Below are positions 38,091 to 48,600 of a stretch of 64,000 nucleotides of DNA, in pieces. A model generated the notes under the pieces. That model was not told where the DNA came from. It worked only from the letters and a program-made list of their open reading frames with translations, and did not search any database. The translations under genes were made by a program, and so were the position numbers. This DNA comes from an uncultured virus (IMG/VR IMGVR_UViG_3300010153_000001) (taxonomy: Duplodnaviria; Heunggongvirae; Uroviricota; Caudoviricetes): the IMG/VR virus record IMGVR_UViG_3300010153_000001; one strand, 5' to 3'. Every line of letters begins with the position of its first letter. Position 1 is the first letter of the stretch.

Positions 38091-38798
38091 ATGTTAAATC
38101 AAACTATTCAAATAAAATTTAGACAAAGGCTTAATAAAATAGCTAGTGATGACTATGATAATATAGAATGCTGGCAGATTGTTGAGGCTTTTAATAAAGC
38201 ACAAGTTGAATGGTGTAGAAGAAATTTACATGGTAATAATATGTTTCAAGAAGGTGATGAACAATCTAAAAGGCGTATAGATGATTTACAATTACTTTTA
38301 ACTGATCTACCTCTAAATATAGCAGATATGGGTAATCATGTGGCAACAACAAATTTTCCAGATAACCAAACATTTTTGGAATTTAAAAGGGTCAGTGTAG
38401 ATGCTACATCTGAATGTTGTCCAGAACCAAGATCTATGACTTGTTATTTAACAGAGGAAGCTAACATTGATATGATACTTAGAGATGAGTTAAAGAAACC
38501 TGATTTTGATTGGGGTGAAACTGTATGTACAATTGCAAACAATGTAATTAAGATCTATAAAGATGATTTTAATATTGTTAATCCAACTCTTACATATTAT
38601 AGACAACCAACATTAATTGAGATTCAAGGATGTGTAGATCCATATACAGGTAATACATCTGCAGCAGATATTGAATGTGAATTTAAAGATGATCTAATAG
38701 AAATATTTATTGATGAGGCTGTTGCAATTATTGCAGGAGATATTGCTGATGTAAATAATTATAGTAGAGAAATGCAATCTGCAGAAAGAAATAATTAA
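38091..38798 (+). CDS. Putative ring/adaptor (tail tubular-like) protein
   Basis: FNKAQ...RRIDDL...LTYYRQP...EIFIDEAV adaptor pattern. Confidence 0.6.
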   Translation: MLNQTIQIKFRQRLNKIASDDYDNIECWQIVEAFNKAQVEWCRRNLHGNNMFQEGDEQSKRRIDDLQLLLTDLPLNIADMGNHVATTNFPDNQTFLEFKRVSVDATSECCPEPRSMTCYLTEEANIDMILRDELKKPDFDWGETVCTIANNVIKIYKDDFNIVNPTLTYYRQPTLIEIQGCVDPYTGNTSAADIECEFKDDLIEIFIDEAVAIIAGDIADVNNYSREMQSAERNN

Positions 38799-38837
38799 AA
38801 AAATTGTAATATAACATATAAAAGTGTTATATTATAT

Positions 38838-38887
38838 ATGTACTATCATTAAATACCAAGTCCAGATAGTACATTAAAAAAATGGAC
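38838..38887 (+). promoter_or_regulatory. Predicted H-type pseudoknot in 5' leader
   Basis: 10-bp stem ATGTACTATC/GATAGTACAT; loop GTCCA pairs with TGGAC after an A-rich linker. Confidence 0.5.
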
Positions 38888-38941
38888 ATTATTATTAATT
38901 AAAAAAAAGACCTCTGAATACATAAGGAGGCATTAGAAAAA

Positions 38942-40240
38942 ATGGCTTATTTTAATCACGCGTTTCAACAAACGTTTGCTCCTACAGCTTTTGCAGCTGA
39001 AAACAGTGGGGAAGATTCTTCTGTTTTAATCCAATTAGAAGGTGCATTTATACAAGCAGATACGTATAATGTTGCCACTAATGCAGTTTTAGCTGCTGGT
39101 AAAACCCCTGTAATGTTTGCAATGGGTTCTCCTCTAGGAAGTGCTACTGGTGTTGCTGGTGCTGCAGATGACATCTTAGGTGGAAATAGATTCCACGGTG
39201 GATATGCAGAATCATGGAAATCAAAAGTAATTAACCCAAGATATGTTAGATTTATTGGTAAACAACCTGTTGTTGGTGCTGCTACTGGAAAAGTAACATT
39301 AGTAGCAGATGGAGAATGTTTTCCATGTGCAGGAGATCCAAGCATTAGACTTGATTTTAAAGGTGCTCCAATTCTTAGAGCATTAAACAGAAATGGTTAC
39401 AAAATTTTAGGTGGTCAAGGATACTGTTGTCCTACTGGACAAACTCATAAAGATCCAGCTAAAGTATTTGCTGAGATGGGTGCTCAATTACTTAAAGATC
39501 CTATTCTTAGTCAATTAGTTGATGTTGCACTTAGAAAAGATGTTGGTGCAGGATGGGTTGCAGTTACTGATTCAACAACTGCTGCAGGTAACACTAGATG
39601 GGAAAAACAACAAGCTGCTATTGCAATACTTGATGCTTTTACTGCTGATACAACTGTTGTTGCTGGTAATAAAGGTGAATTAGTTATTACTGATACTAGC
39701 TCAGAGACTGTATTTGGTGACTGTTCATTTGATACTAGAGATTATTATCAAACTGAACCACTTCAAATATATGCATCAGAAATGGATGAAGATGGTGATC
39801 CTTGTACTAATGGTTGTATTACAATTACTAGAGTAAAAGGTAAATCTTCTGAAACTAAAGGTGAATTGATTCTTAGAGATACTATGATGTATCAAAGATA
39901 TATGCAGCATCCTACTAATCAAGGAAACTTAGATTCAGCTAGAATGAGAGAAGTAGAAAAAGTTGGTCCTGCTGATGGTGGTTTAGGTATCACACGTACA
40001 GCTGATTATACTTGTTACTATATCTTACATACTGTACCACGTTTTAACAATCCAAGTGGAACTTTTGATAATGATCAATATCTAATCAAAATTGCTACTA
40101 ATGGTGTTGTTGCTGCTTGGGAAACTACATTAAATAAACTTGCTGTAGGTTGCTTTGGTGTTGGTTCAACTATGACAGATATGTCTGCTAACTTCTTACC
40201 TACTGAAGGATTCCCAGTTGGAAATTCTCAAGGAGTGTAA
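38942..40240 (+). CDS. Abundant virion structural protein (auxiliary capsid candidate)
   Basis: 432 aa, Ala/Gly-rich, own promoter motif and terminator. Confidence 0.6.
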   Translation: MAYFNHAFQQTFAPTAFAAENSGEDSSVLIQLEGAFIQADTYNVATNAVLAAGKTPVMFAMGSPLGSATGVAGAADDILGGNRFHGGYAESWKSKVINPRYVRFIGKQPVVGAATGKVTLVADGECFPCAGDPSIRLDFKGAPILRALNRNGYKILGGQGYCCPTGQTHKDPAKVFAEMGAQLLKDPILSQLVDVALRKDVGAGWVAVTDSTTAAGNTRWEKQQAAIAILDAFTADTTVVAGNKGELVITDTSSETVFGDCSFDTRDYYQTEPLQIYASEMDEDGDPCTNGCITITRVKGKSSETKGELILRDTMMYQRYMQHPTNQGNLDSARMREVEKVGPADGGLGITRTADYTCYYILHTVPRFNNPSGTFDNDQYLIKIATNGVVAAWETTLNKLAVGCFGVGSTMTDMSANFLPTEGFPVGNSQGV

Positions 40241-40274
40241 GTATTAGTCTAGTAGAATTACTATTATATTTAAG

Positions 40275-40309
40275 AAGAGTGAGATTTAAACGTCTCACTC
40301 TTTTTTTTT
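40275..40309 (+). terminator. Intrinsic terminator
   Basis: AAGAGTGAGAT-TTAAAC-GTCTCACTC followed by T9. Confidence 0.9.
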
Positions 40310-40321
40310 ATTATATATTTT

Positions 40322-40337
40322 TTGTATATTATTAGTG
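40322..40337 (+). promoter_or_regulatory. Putative phage late promoter
   Basis: TTGTATATTATTAGTG, identical 16-mer to 33201-33216. Confidence 0.65.
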
Positions 40338-40369
40338 AAGAGTAGTCCTATTTTAAATAAATAAATGAT

Positions 40370-41011
40370 ATGGCAAATAAACATATACTTAGCCTTGAGG
40401 TCCCTACAGTAGCAAACTGTGAGATTTTTAGGGTTAAAGACACAAGTCAATACACAGATAGTTTATATGTAGATTGTGGAGAATTACTTATAACTCCACC
40501 AGGTTTTAACCAAGGAAATCTAATAAAAGTTCAACCAGGTTTTGATCTAGCAATAAACTCATGTTCACTAGGAATTCAAACAGCAGGTTGTACAGGGACA
40601 TCACAATCAGGCCAATTAACTTCAACTGTAGATGCATGTGGTAATACAGTAACTACTGTTGCAGCAAACGCATTAACTGGATCAAGTAGTAGAGCTGCTA
40701 TTCCAGATGGAATATATGTAATAAGATATAGTGTAGCTCCTAATGATAGAACTTATGTTGAATATAATCACTTAAGAATTACAGGGATTATGAAATCATA
40801 CTATAAGAAACTTTGTGATATGGATATAACACCATGTGAACCAAAGAGTAAACAAAAAGATTTATATAGAGAATTAAATTTCATTAGATTGATGATTGAT
40901 GCAGCAAAAGCAAAAGTTGAATATTGCCAGAGTCCAAATGAAGGAATGCAACTCTATGATTATGCAAAGAAAAAATTAGAAAAAATCACTTGTAGTAACG
41001 AGTGTTGTTAA
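40370..41011 (+). CDS. Putative tail hub/fibre-attachment protein
   Basis: DTSQY...IPDGIYVIRYSV beta domain plus helical Cys-rich C-terminus. Confidence 0.5.
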   Translation: MANKHILSLEVPTVANCEIFRVKDTSQYTDSLYVDCGELLITPPGFNQGNLIKVQPGFDLAINSCSLGIQTAGCTGTSQSGQLTSTVDACGNTVTTVAANALTGSSSRAAIPDGIYVIRYSVAPNDRTYVEYNHLRITGIMKSYYKKLCDMDITPCEPKSKQKDLYRELNFIRLMIDAAKAKVEYCQSPNEGMQLYDYAKKKLEKITCSNECC

Positions 41012-41029
41012 ATATAAAACCAAGAGAAT

Positions 41030-41215
41030 ATGAAATGCACACATTGTGATAAAACAATAGGATGTGGATGTAACAAAGCAGTTGCTGGTGATGGATCTAC
41101 AGTATGTAAAGGATGTTTAAATGTATATAATCAGACATTAACTTCAACTACTACTACTACTACCACACCATTTAATCCAGGAGTAGTTGTTATTCCTCCT
41201 ACAACAGCAAGATAA
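41030..41215 (+). CDS. Small Cys-rich protein
   Basis: CTHC...GCGC...CKGC. Confidence 0.65.
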   Translation: MKCTHCDKTIGCGCNKAVAGDGSTVCKGCLNVYNQTLTSTTTTTTTPFNPGVVVIPPTTAR

Positions 41216-41220
41216 AAAAT

Positions 41221-44200
41221 ATGGCAACTTCACCTACATTATGTTTAAGTGGTACTAGCGTTGGAAAATGTAATATACAACATTCATATAGTTGCGGACC
41301 TCTAGCAGGAGGTGGTTATGGTGTGAGTGTAAATTTAGTATTTGATCAGAATGTACATCATGTTTCAATTAATAACAATGGTGTTATAGATAACAGTCAA
41401 TATGTTAATCATTCTAGTATGAATGCTAATTATGTTGTTCAAGCAACACAAACTGGTTCTAATCCTACAACATGGGGAACAGTAGCTTGGCAATGGATAT
41501 GTGATCCTTTTACTCAAGTATCAGTATTTAGTGGTTATGGTGATCCAATGCCATGGCATCAAGATTGCCATAGTACTGTAACTACATTACCTTATGATAA
41601 TATATATATTTATTATAAAGGAGGAAGAGAGTATTATAAAACTGATATTCAAACCCAATATTGGGGGATAATGGCATGGTTACAAAATCAAGGTTGGGTT
41701 GACGCTACTACAGGACTATATACTTCACAAGCAGGAAATGTATATCATACTATGATTGGAGGTGGGGGAGAACGTTGGTTAGACTGGGCTACCTCAGCAT
41801 ATACAGGTCTGTTAAATAATGCTGGAACAAATATAAATTGGCCTGGTGCTCCAAGTAATCATCCAAATGGAGATTGTGATACAACTGGATGGGATGAATA
41901 TGGTACTAGTTTTGCTGCAGGTGCAGTAGGTGATGTAATTGATTGGTCACATAATACTAGTGGAGTTTATGACTTTTATTCTAGTACTAATGCAGGTTTA
42001 ACAACATCTGCAACATCAACTGGTAATACAATTACTTCTTTAGGATTACCTCCTGCAGCAGGAGCATCTGATAGAGTTTTAATTGTAGTTTTAAATGATG
42101 ATTCTGACTGTGCTTATCATGGTGCAAAGTCAGTAGCTAGTGCAACTATTAATGGTGTTACTTATCAAGGTTGTATTGATTTTAATGGAAATTGTGGAAC
42201 TGGTGGTGATATAGTTAATGATGGTTATCAAGGAGCATGGAAAGCAGATCATGTTTCTCACTTGGCTGCATTAACTACTCATATAGGTGGAGGTGGAACT
42301 CATAATGGAGTAAATTGGCCAACAATGCCAATGGGTGATATGTCACAACCTAAAGATCACAGTTATATATTACATGTTGCAGCATCTATTACTAGTGGTA
42401 ATAAAACTGTACCAGATGGTACATTTACAGCAGGTTGTCCAAAATATCATCCAACTATATCAAATGGTATGTGGGATCCTACAGGACTTCCAACATTTAA
42501 TATGCCTCCTGGTGCAACAGCTAATGGTCATCCTTGTATAAGAGTGTTAGAAAATAGTAATCCTTATGTAGCTGCTGGTGCAGGTATGTTAGATCAAAAT
42601 GGTTGGACTTTCCCTAAATTATTTGGAGGTAGTGAATTTAGTCTTTATTCATCTCCAGGTACTATAACTCAACCAGGTTTACCTGGAGGAACTTATGTCA
42701 TTCCTGCATTTGAAGTACAAATTCAAGAAACATTAGTAAATGATTTTGGTATAGGTGGTGGAAGTAGTGTTTCTTGTACCCCTCCATCAGATTGTATAAC
42801 TGTACAAGCAGTAGATATAGTAACAGGTGCACTTCTACCAAATATTGATATTGAATTTGGTGCATTAGGTACACAAACAACAAACGCAGCAGGTTATGCA
42901 TTTTTTAATAATGTATTACCAGGAACACATTATTTATTTGGAGATCCTTTTGTAACTACTGGTCAATGTTTTGAATGGTTATTACAAGTAAAAGTTGGAA
43001 CATGTCAAGTAACACCAGATATAGACTGTGAGTGTGGATGTGATGACCCAAGTGCTACTAATTATAATCCTAGTGCAAATTATTATGATCCTAATGAATG
43101 TCCTTGTGTATATGATGTATATGGTTGTACAGACCCAACAGCATGTAATTACAACTCACTAGCTACTATTGATGATGGTACATGTTGTTACCCTGGTTGT
43201 ATGGACCCTACTGCCCCTAATTATAATGCAACTGCATGTTGTGATGATGGAAGCTGTGAAGAGTCAGTACCTCCTTGTGATATAGCTTATGGACAAAATG
43301 ATCCAGCAGAACATTTAACAGATGTAGATATTAAAAGAATTGAAACAGAAGCTTTATTTGCAAATGATATATATAAACATTTTCAAGCAATGAGGTTTGG
43401 TATGACTAGCCCGTGTATAAATACTATAGATAGAAGAACAGCAGAGAAATACTTATGTTATTGGGAAGATAAAAAAGAAAAAGAATATACAGGTTTAGCA
43501 TTTGAAAGAGAAGTGTTTAAACCAGAAGAACCTGGAACAGTGCCAGATTCAGGAACATATCCATCTTGGGTAGATCCTTTATGTGGACTTACTGAAAAAG
43601 GTAAATTAACAGTTTATTTCTTTTATGATGGTACTTCATTAGGTCAAGCACAGGTTAAAGCTATTCATGCAACAACAGAGTTGTGGATACAAACATTAGT
43701 GGGTCAAGGTTTTACAGGTGATCATTATCATACTATTGTACATGGAGAAAGATGGATAGATTGGGCTACTTGTGCAATCACAGGTGAATTTAATAATGCA
43801 GGAAAAAATTGTACACCTGCAGGTACACAATCATTAAACCCACCATGTACAGGAACTAGTGAAGCAGCATGTAGAGGTGGTTGTTATGCAATGTCAGAAT
43901 TTGCTACAGGAGAATGTGGATGTCATCAGAATGGTTCTTTTAATACTAATCCAACTGTTATTATTCAAGATTGGGCACAAAATGGTGATTGTCAAACTGT
44001 ATGGCATGATGCAGCAGTAGCAGGAACAACATGTGATTTATTTACAGCTCCAAATTACACACCTATAGGAACATCAGTAACATGGGGTGGTCCTCCTCCT
44101 GCTTGTTCTACAGAACAAGTATTAGTAGTATGTTTTGCAGATGAAACAGAAACAAATTATAATAAGGTTGCTAATGATATTGATGCTATGTGTTATCATC

Positions 44201-45621
44201 AAGGTGGTTCATTAGGTGGTGGTATTGGAGATTGGAATATTGCTACAGTTAGTGGAAGTCCTTCTCCAGCATATAAAGCAGATTATGATAAGTATTTAGA
44301 AACTTACAGTAATTTTACATCAAGATCTTGTAATCATGAAATGAGTTGTTTCTTATATCCATCATATCCTAATCAGGTTTGGAGTCCACATAAACCATTT
44401 CCATTACATGCTTTAGGAGCTATATCTAGTGGTAATAAAGCTACACCTGATGGAACATGGAATACAGGAACAGCTCCAACTAATGCAATAAGTCCAATGA
44501 CTGCTGCTGAACTTAGTAATCCATATTGGACAGAACCTAATCCAAATAATTTAGTTTCTGGTTATGGTGGTCTTGATGGTTTTGGATGGGGTGTTAATGT
44601 AGCACAAGTAGCTTTTACAGATAGTATATTTACAAATGATTTAAATGCATTTTTTAACTTAAATCTTTATCAATGTGATGATAATGAATGTTTAGTGTTT
44701 GATGTTGTAAATCAAGATGGTAATCCAGTAGAAGATTATCAAATATATTTAGATGGTAAAGATGTTGGTAAAACAAATGAGATTGGAAGATATACTCATA
44801 TAATACCTAAAGCATCAGTTAATACTGATCATACGGCACAATTATGTGAATGTTTCAAAACATCAGGAGAGTGTGCACAACAAAGAATAAAAATAACAGC
44901 AACAGAATTATGTCCTGATATAACTTGTACTACGCCTGATCCACAATGTACATGTAATGCACCAGGTAATTTACAAGTTACAAGTCTTACTGATAACTCA
45001 GTTACATTAGTTTGGTCAGCAACAACTACAACAGAAACTTCAGTAACATATGATGTAAGATATAGAGCTGTAAATATTACTACTCCTAATACATGGACAG
45101 AAGTTAATGGTATAACTAATAAATATTATGCATTAACAGGGTTAACTGCAGAAACTAAATATGAATTCCAAGTAAGAGGTGAATGTCTTGATGCAGATGG
45201 AATTGTTAAGAAAACTTCAGAATGGAACGCATTACAACAATTTACAACTAATGGCATATGTCCTCAGATTGAAGGTTTATTAGCAATATGTGATACTGCA
45301 ACTAAATTTAAACTTGGATGGCAACTTACTGCTATAAATACTTTAAGCCCAACATCTTCAAATGGTACATGGGGTATTATATGGGGTACTGATGCAAATA
45401 TAACATATACTGGTGGAACTCCAACAGGTGGTGGTATGACTACTACTACCATGGTTCCAGGTAATGCAGCCACATATCCAGCAGCTGGAGTAGTAGATAC
45501 AATAATAACTGAAAATGCAACACCATTAGCAGCAGCAACAACTTATTATTGGAGAGCATATATTAACATGACTGGATGTGGTGTGATACAGTCAGAAATA
45601 AAATCATTTAGCACTGCTTAA
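41221..45621 (+). CDS. Large Cys-rich fibre/adhesin-like virion protein with internal duplication, GCxDP repeats and FN3
   Basis: 1466 aa; two copies of an ERWxDWAT...SGNK..PDGT domain; FN3 APGNLQV...LVW...LTGLTAETKYEFQVR. Confidence 0.75.
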   Translation: MATSPTLCLSGTSVGKCNIQHSYSCGPLAGGGYGVSVNLVFDQNVHHVSINNNGVIDNSQYVNHSSMNANYVVQATQTGSNPTTWGTVAWQWICDPFTQVSVFSGYGDPMPWHQDCHSTVTTLPYDNIYIYYKGGREYYKTDIQTQYWGIMAWLQNQGWVDATTGLYTSQAGNVYHTMIGGGGERWLDWATSAYTGLLNNAGTNINWPGAPSNHPNGDCDTTGWDEYGTSFAAGAVGDVIDWSHNTSGVYDFYSSTNAGLTTSATSTGNTITSLGLPPAAGASDRVLIVVLNDDSDCAYHGAKSVASATINGVTYQGCIDFNGNCGTGGDIVNDGYQGAWKADHVSHLAALTTHIGGGGTHNGVNWPTMPMGDMSQPKDHSYILHVAASITSGNKTVPDGTFTAGCPKYHPTISNGMWDPTGLPTFNMPPGATANGHPCIRVLENSNPYVAAGAGMLDQNGWTFPKLFGGSEFSLYSSPGTITQPGLPGGTYVIPAFEVQIQETLVNDFGIGGGSSVSCTPPSDCITVQAVDIVTGALLPNIDIEFGALGTQTTNAAGYAFFNNVLPGTHYLFGDPFVTTGQCFEWLLQVKVGTCQVTPDIDCECGCDDPSATNYNPSANYYDPNECPCVYDVYGCTDPTACNYNSLATIDDGTCCYPGCMDPTAPNYNATACCDDGSCEESVPPCDIAYGQNDPAEHLTDVDIKRIETEALFANDIYKHFQAMRFGMTSPCINTIDRRTAEKYLCYWEDKKEKEYTGLAFEREVFKPEEPGTVPDSGTYPSWVDPLCGLTEKGKLTVYFFYDGTSLGQAQVKAIHATTELWIQTLVGQGFTGDHYHTIVHGERWIDWATCAITGEFNNAGKNCTPAGTQSLNPPCTGTSEAACRGGCYAMSEFATGECGCHQNGSFNTNPTVIIQDWAQNGDCQTVWHDAAVAGTTCDLFTAPNYTPIGTSVTWGGPPPACSTEQVLVVCFADETETNYNKVANDIDAMCYHQGGSLGGGIGDWNIATVSGSPSPAYKADYDKYLETYSNFTSRSCNHEMSCFLYPSYPNQVWSPHKPFPLHALGAISSGNKATPDGTWNTGTAPTNAISPMTAAELSNPYWTEPNPNNLVSGYGGLDGFGWGVNVAQVAFTDSIFTNDLNAFFNLNLYQCDDNECLVFDVVNQDGNPVEDYQIYLDGKDVGKTNEIGRYTHIIPKASVNTDHTAQLCECFKTSGECAQQRIKITATELCPDITCTTPDPQCTCNAPGNLQVTSLTDNSVTLVWSATTTTETSVTYDVRYRAVNITTPNTWTEVNGITNKYYALTGLTAETKYEFQVRGECLDADGIVKKTSEWNALQQFTTNGICPQIEGLLAICDTATKFKLGWQLTAINTLSPTSSNGTWGIIWGTDANITYTGGTPTGGGMTTTTMVPGNAATYPAAGVVDTIITENATPLAAATTYYWRAYINMTGCGVIQSEIKSFSTA
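43036..43260 (+). repeat. Three GCxDPxAxNY protein repeats
   Basis: GCDDPSATNYN, GCTDPTACNYN, GCMDPTAPNYN. Confidence 0.9.
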
Positions 45622-45642
45622 CTTGGTTAATAAATAAAACTT

Positions 45643-45652
45643 TTGTATATTA
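45643..45652 (+). promoter_or_regulatory. Putative phage late promoter
   Basis: TTGTATATTA about 33 nt upstream of ATG 45685. Confidence 0.6.
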
Positions 45653-45684
45653 TAATGTATAGTGGTAAAAACAAATATTAAATT

Positions 45685-48600
45685 ATGATCCCTTATAACT
45701 CTAATAAATCTGGAGGATGTAACAATGTTTCATCCAATTGTGTAGTTTGGCAAGGCCCAGACTTACCATGTATTGATCTATGTCACGGTGACACAATTAG
45801 TGATGTAATAGCAAAATTATGTGAAGAACTAGTAGAATTATCTAAACTTCCAGGAGGAAGTGGATCAGGTGGTCATACTATGCAAATGTCTAGAATAAAT
45901 CAGACTGGTTTAGAAAATCAATCTGGTCAAGCAGCTCAACCAGCAACAAATGAAACAGAACTTACTAATTTAATTATTGCAAATGTTGTTCAAGCACGTC
46001 AAGCAAATCAATCTGAATTTGGTTCAGGAGATGTTTTAACAACTCCTATTACTTTACCAACATCAATGCAGTATACAGATCCTAATACATCTTCAATTGT
46101 AAGAGCATTACCATTACAACAATATGCAGAATTAGTAGGAACAAGAATTACAAACACGGTAGCTGAAGTTACAACGTTACAAGGACAAGTAGGAAGTCAT
46201 GAAGGAAGAATTGTTCAATTAGAAAATTCAGATAGAAAAAGAAAAACAAATCCTACAGAGAAACAAATAATAACAACATGTGTTGGAGATAAAGGAAGAT
46301 TAACAAATGTAAGTACAGCATTATCACAAGTTGAAAAAGCATTTTGTGGATTACAAACAGGAACAGGAGCACAAGCTGATCTAGCATCATCTATAGGTTA
46401 TCAGGGAGCATCTATGGCTAGTGCTAAAAGATTAAATGGAGCAGGAGATTTAGGAACATATGTTGGTTTTGTAACTAGTCCTCAAAATTTAGCACAATCA
46501 TTTACAAATGCATGGATAGTACTTAATGATGTAAGAGCAGCTGTTGAGTCATTAATTGATGATGTAGTTCCAACTGCATGTGCAGATATTGTTTATGGAT
46601 TCTTTGGTAATGTAGTTGGTACTCCAGGTGCAGCAACTGGTATTAATATGAATTTTACAGAATCTTCTATTCCATCAACTTTTTATGATTGTGATAGATC
46701 TCAAGGTTCTAAGATTACTGTAACAGATGATGCAGGAAGTACACAAACATTTCATAAACAAATACATCAATTACAGACTACTCAAAATGGTACAACATTA
46801 ACTTTATCATCATTAGATGCAGCAAGTACAAATTATACAGTTACAACTGCTTTCTGCTTTACAAATGGTGTAGGTACAGAATGTGCTAATACTATAACTA
46901 AAACATTAACCGCTACAAATATATGCCCAACATTGACACTAGGAACTCCAGGATTAACATCCATATCATGGACAGTAGATGCAGGTTATTTACCAAATAA
47001 TTATACTGCAGCTATTGTATTAACTAATTCACAAGGTTCAACAATTGCAAGTCAAATGGGAAATCCTCCAATTGGAAGTGGTTGGACAGGATCCTTTACA
47101 GGATTAACAGAAGGACAACAATATCAACTTCAAATATACTATGGTCCATGGAATCCAGCTGCAATGAGTCTACAAGGAATGACTCCATGCCCAGCTCATA
47201 CATTTACTACACAAGGAACAACTTGTGCAGATAATAAAATATTAGCAGCAGCATTTAAATCAACTCCAGCTGATCTACAATATTCAACTGCAGGATCATT
47301 TGTAGCTATGGCTTGTGATGATGTAAGAAATCCAGGTGCATCTATGGGAGATATTTATATAGCTGGATTTACAACTGCAGATGGGGAAGTTGCAGGTGTC
47401 TTAAAGAATAATACAATATGGGCAGAAACTTTAACTCCATGTGCTTCATCTAAGATTAATTCAATAGGAGTATCAATTGATTATAATAATCCAGTTAAGT
47501 CACTTGTTACAAATGGTGTAACTACTGCAAGAACAGATGCAACAACTAACACATTAGGAGATGGATGGAGATATATGGATGGTATAACATCAACAAATGG
47601 TAAAAATTATTTTGTATATAGTGAAGTAAATACAGATGCATCTGCAGCTCCAATTATACCACAAACATATTTCTCATGTGTTGGAGATGAAATTAATATA
47701 AGTCAAGCTGCATGGACAACATGGGTTCCACGTTCAGATGCACAATATGCATTTGCTGCAAATTATAATTATCATATTGCTCATGGAAGTTCAGCTTCTA
47801 GTTCATCTTATAGTTATTCTGTAGGAGCAGGATCATTTGGTACAAATAGTTTTGTTCCAAATGTAGTACCTTCTGAAACACAACAGTTTACATATGCACC
47901 TTTAACAACTGGATCATTTCATAATACAGATTCTAATACAACAAATTTAACTATAGGTTCTAAAAGTAGTGGTGATTATATGTCTTCTTTTTCAAGAGGA
48001 TTTTGGTTACAAGATTTAACTACAGATATTGTTGTATTTATTGATACAGATCAATATACAACTGCAGAAGGAGCAGCTATTAAAACAGCTATGACTGCAG
48101 TACATACAGAAATAACAACTAGATATGCTGGATATACAGGTAATTTATATATTCTTCCTTTAAAATCTGATGGTGGTTTTGATGGAACAAAACAAAAAGC
48201 AGGATCTAATGCTGCATATTTATCACATCATAAAATTATAGCATTAAGAGGAGATGGTGTAACATTAAATACTACAGGAGATTGGGGTACTATAAAACAA
48301 ACATATGAATCTGGTACTTCACCAGTTGGATGGTGGGGTAATGATGCAGCTTCACTTTCAACAAATATGATGTTATTCTCTTTTATACATCAATCTGATA
48401 AGTCTCAAGTAGGAGATACTGTTACAGATTTATACACTACAACTACTGCAGGAGCGGCACCAGGTGCTCCAACTACAAGATTTAAAGATGATTATGATGA
48501 TGTAATGAATATTCTTGTAGATAATAACAGAAATACTACAGGAGATGCAGGAACATTTAAGGGGCCATCTACATGGGCAGCTTTAGGAACTGTAACTCTT

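Noticed and set aside
38838..38887. preQ1-I riboswitch
   Set aside because: Topology and A-rich tail are similar, but stem length and loop sequence do not match and the downstream gene is structural.
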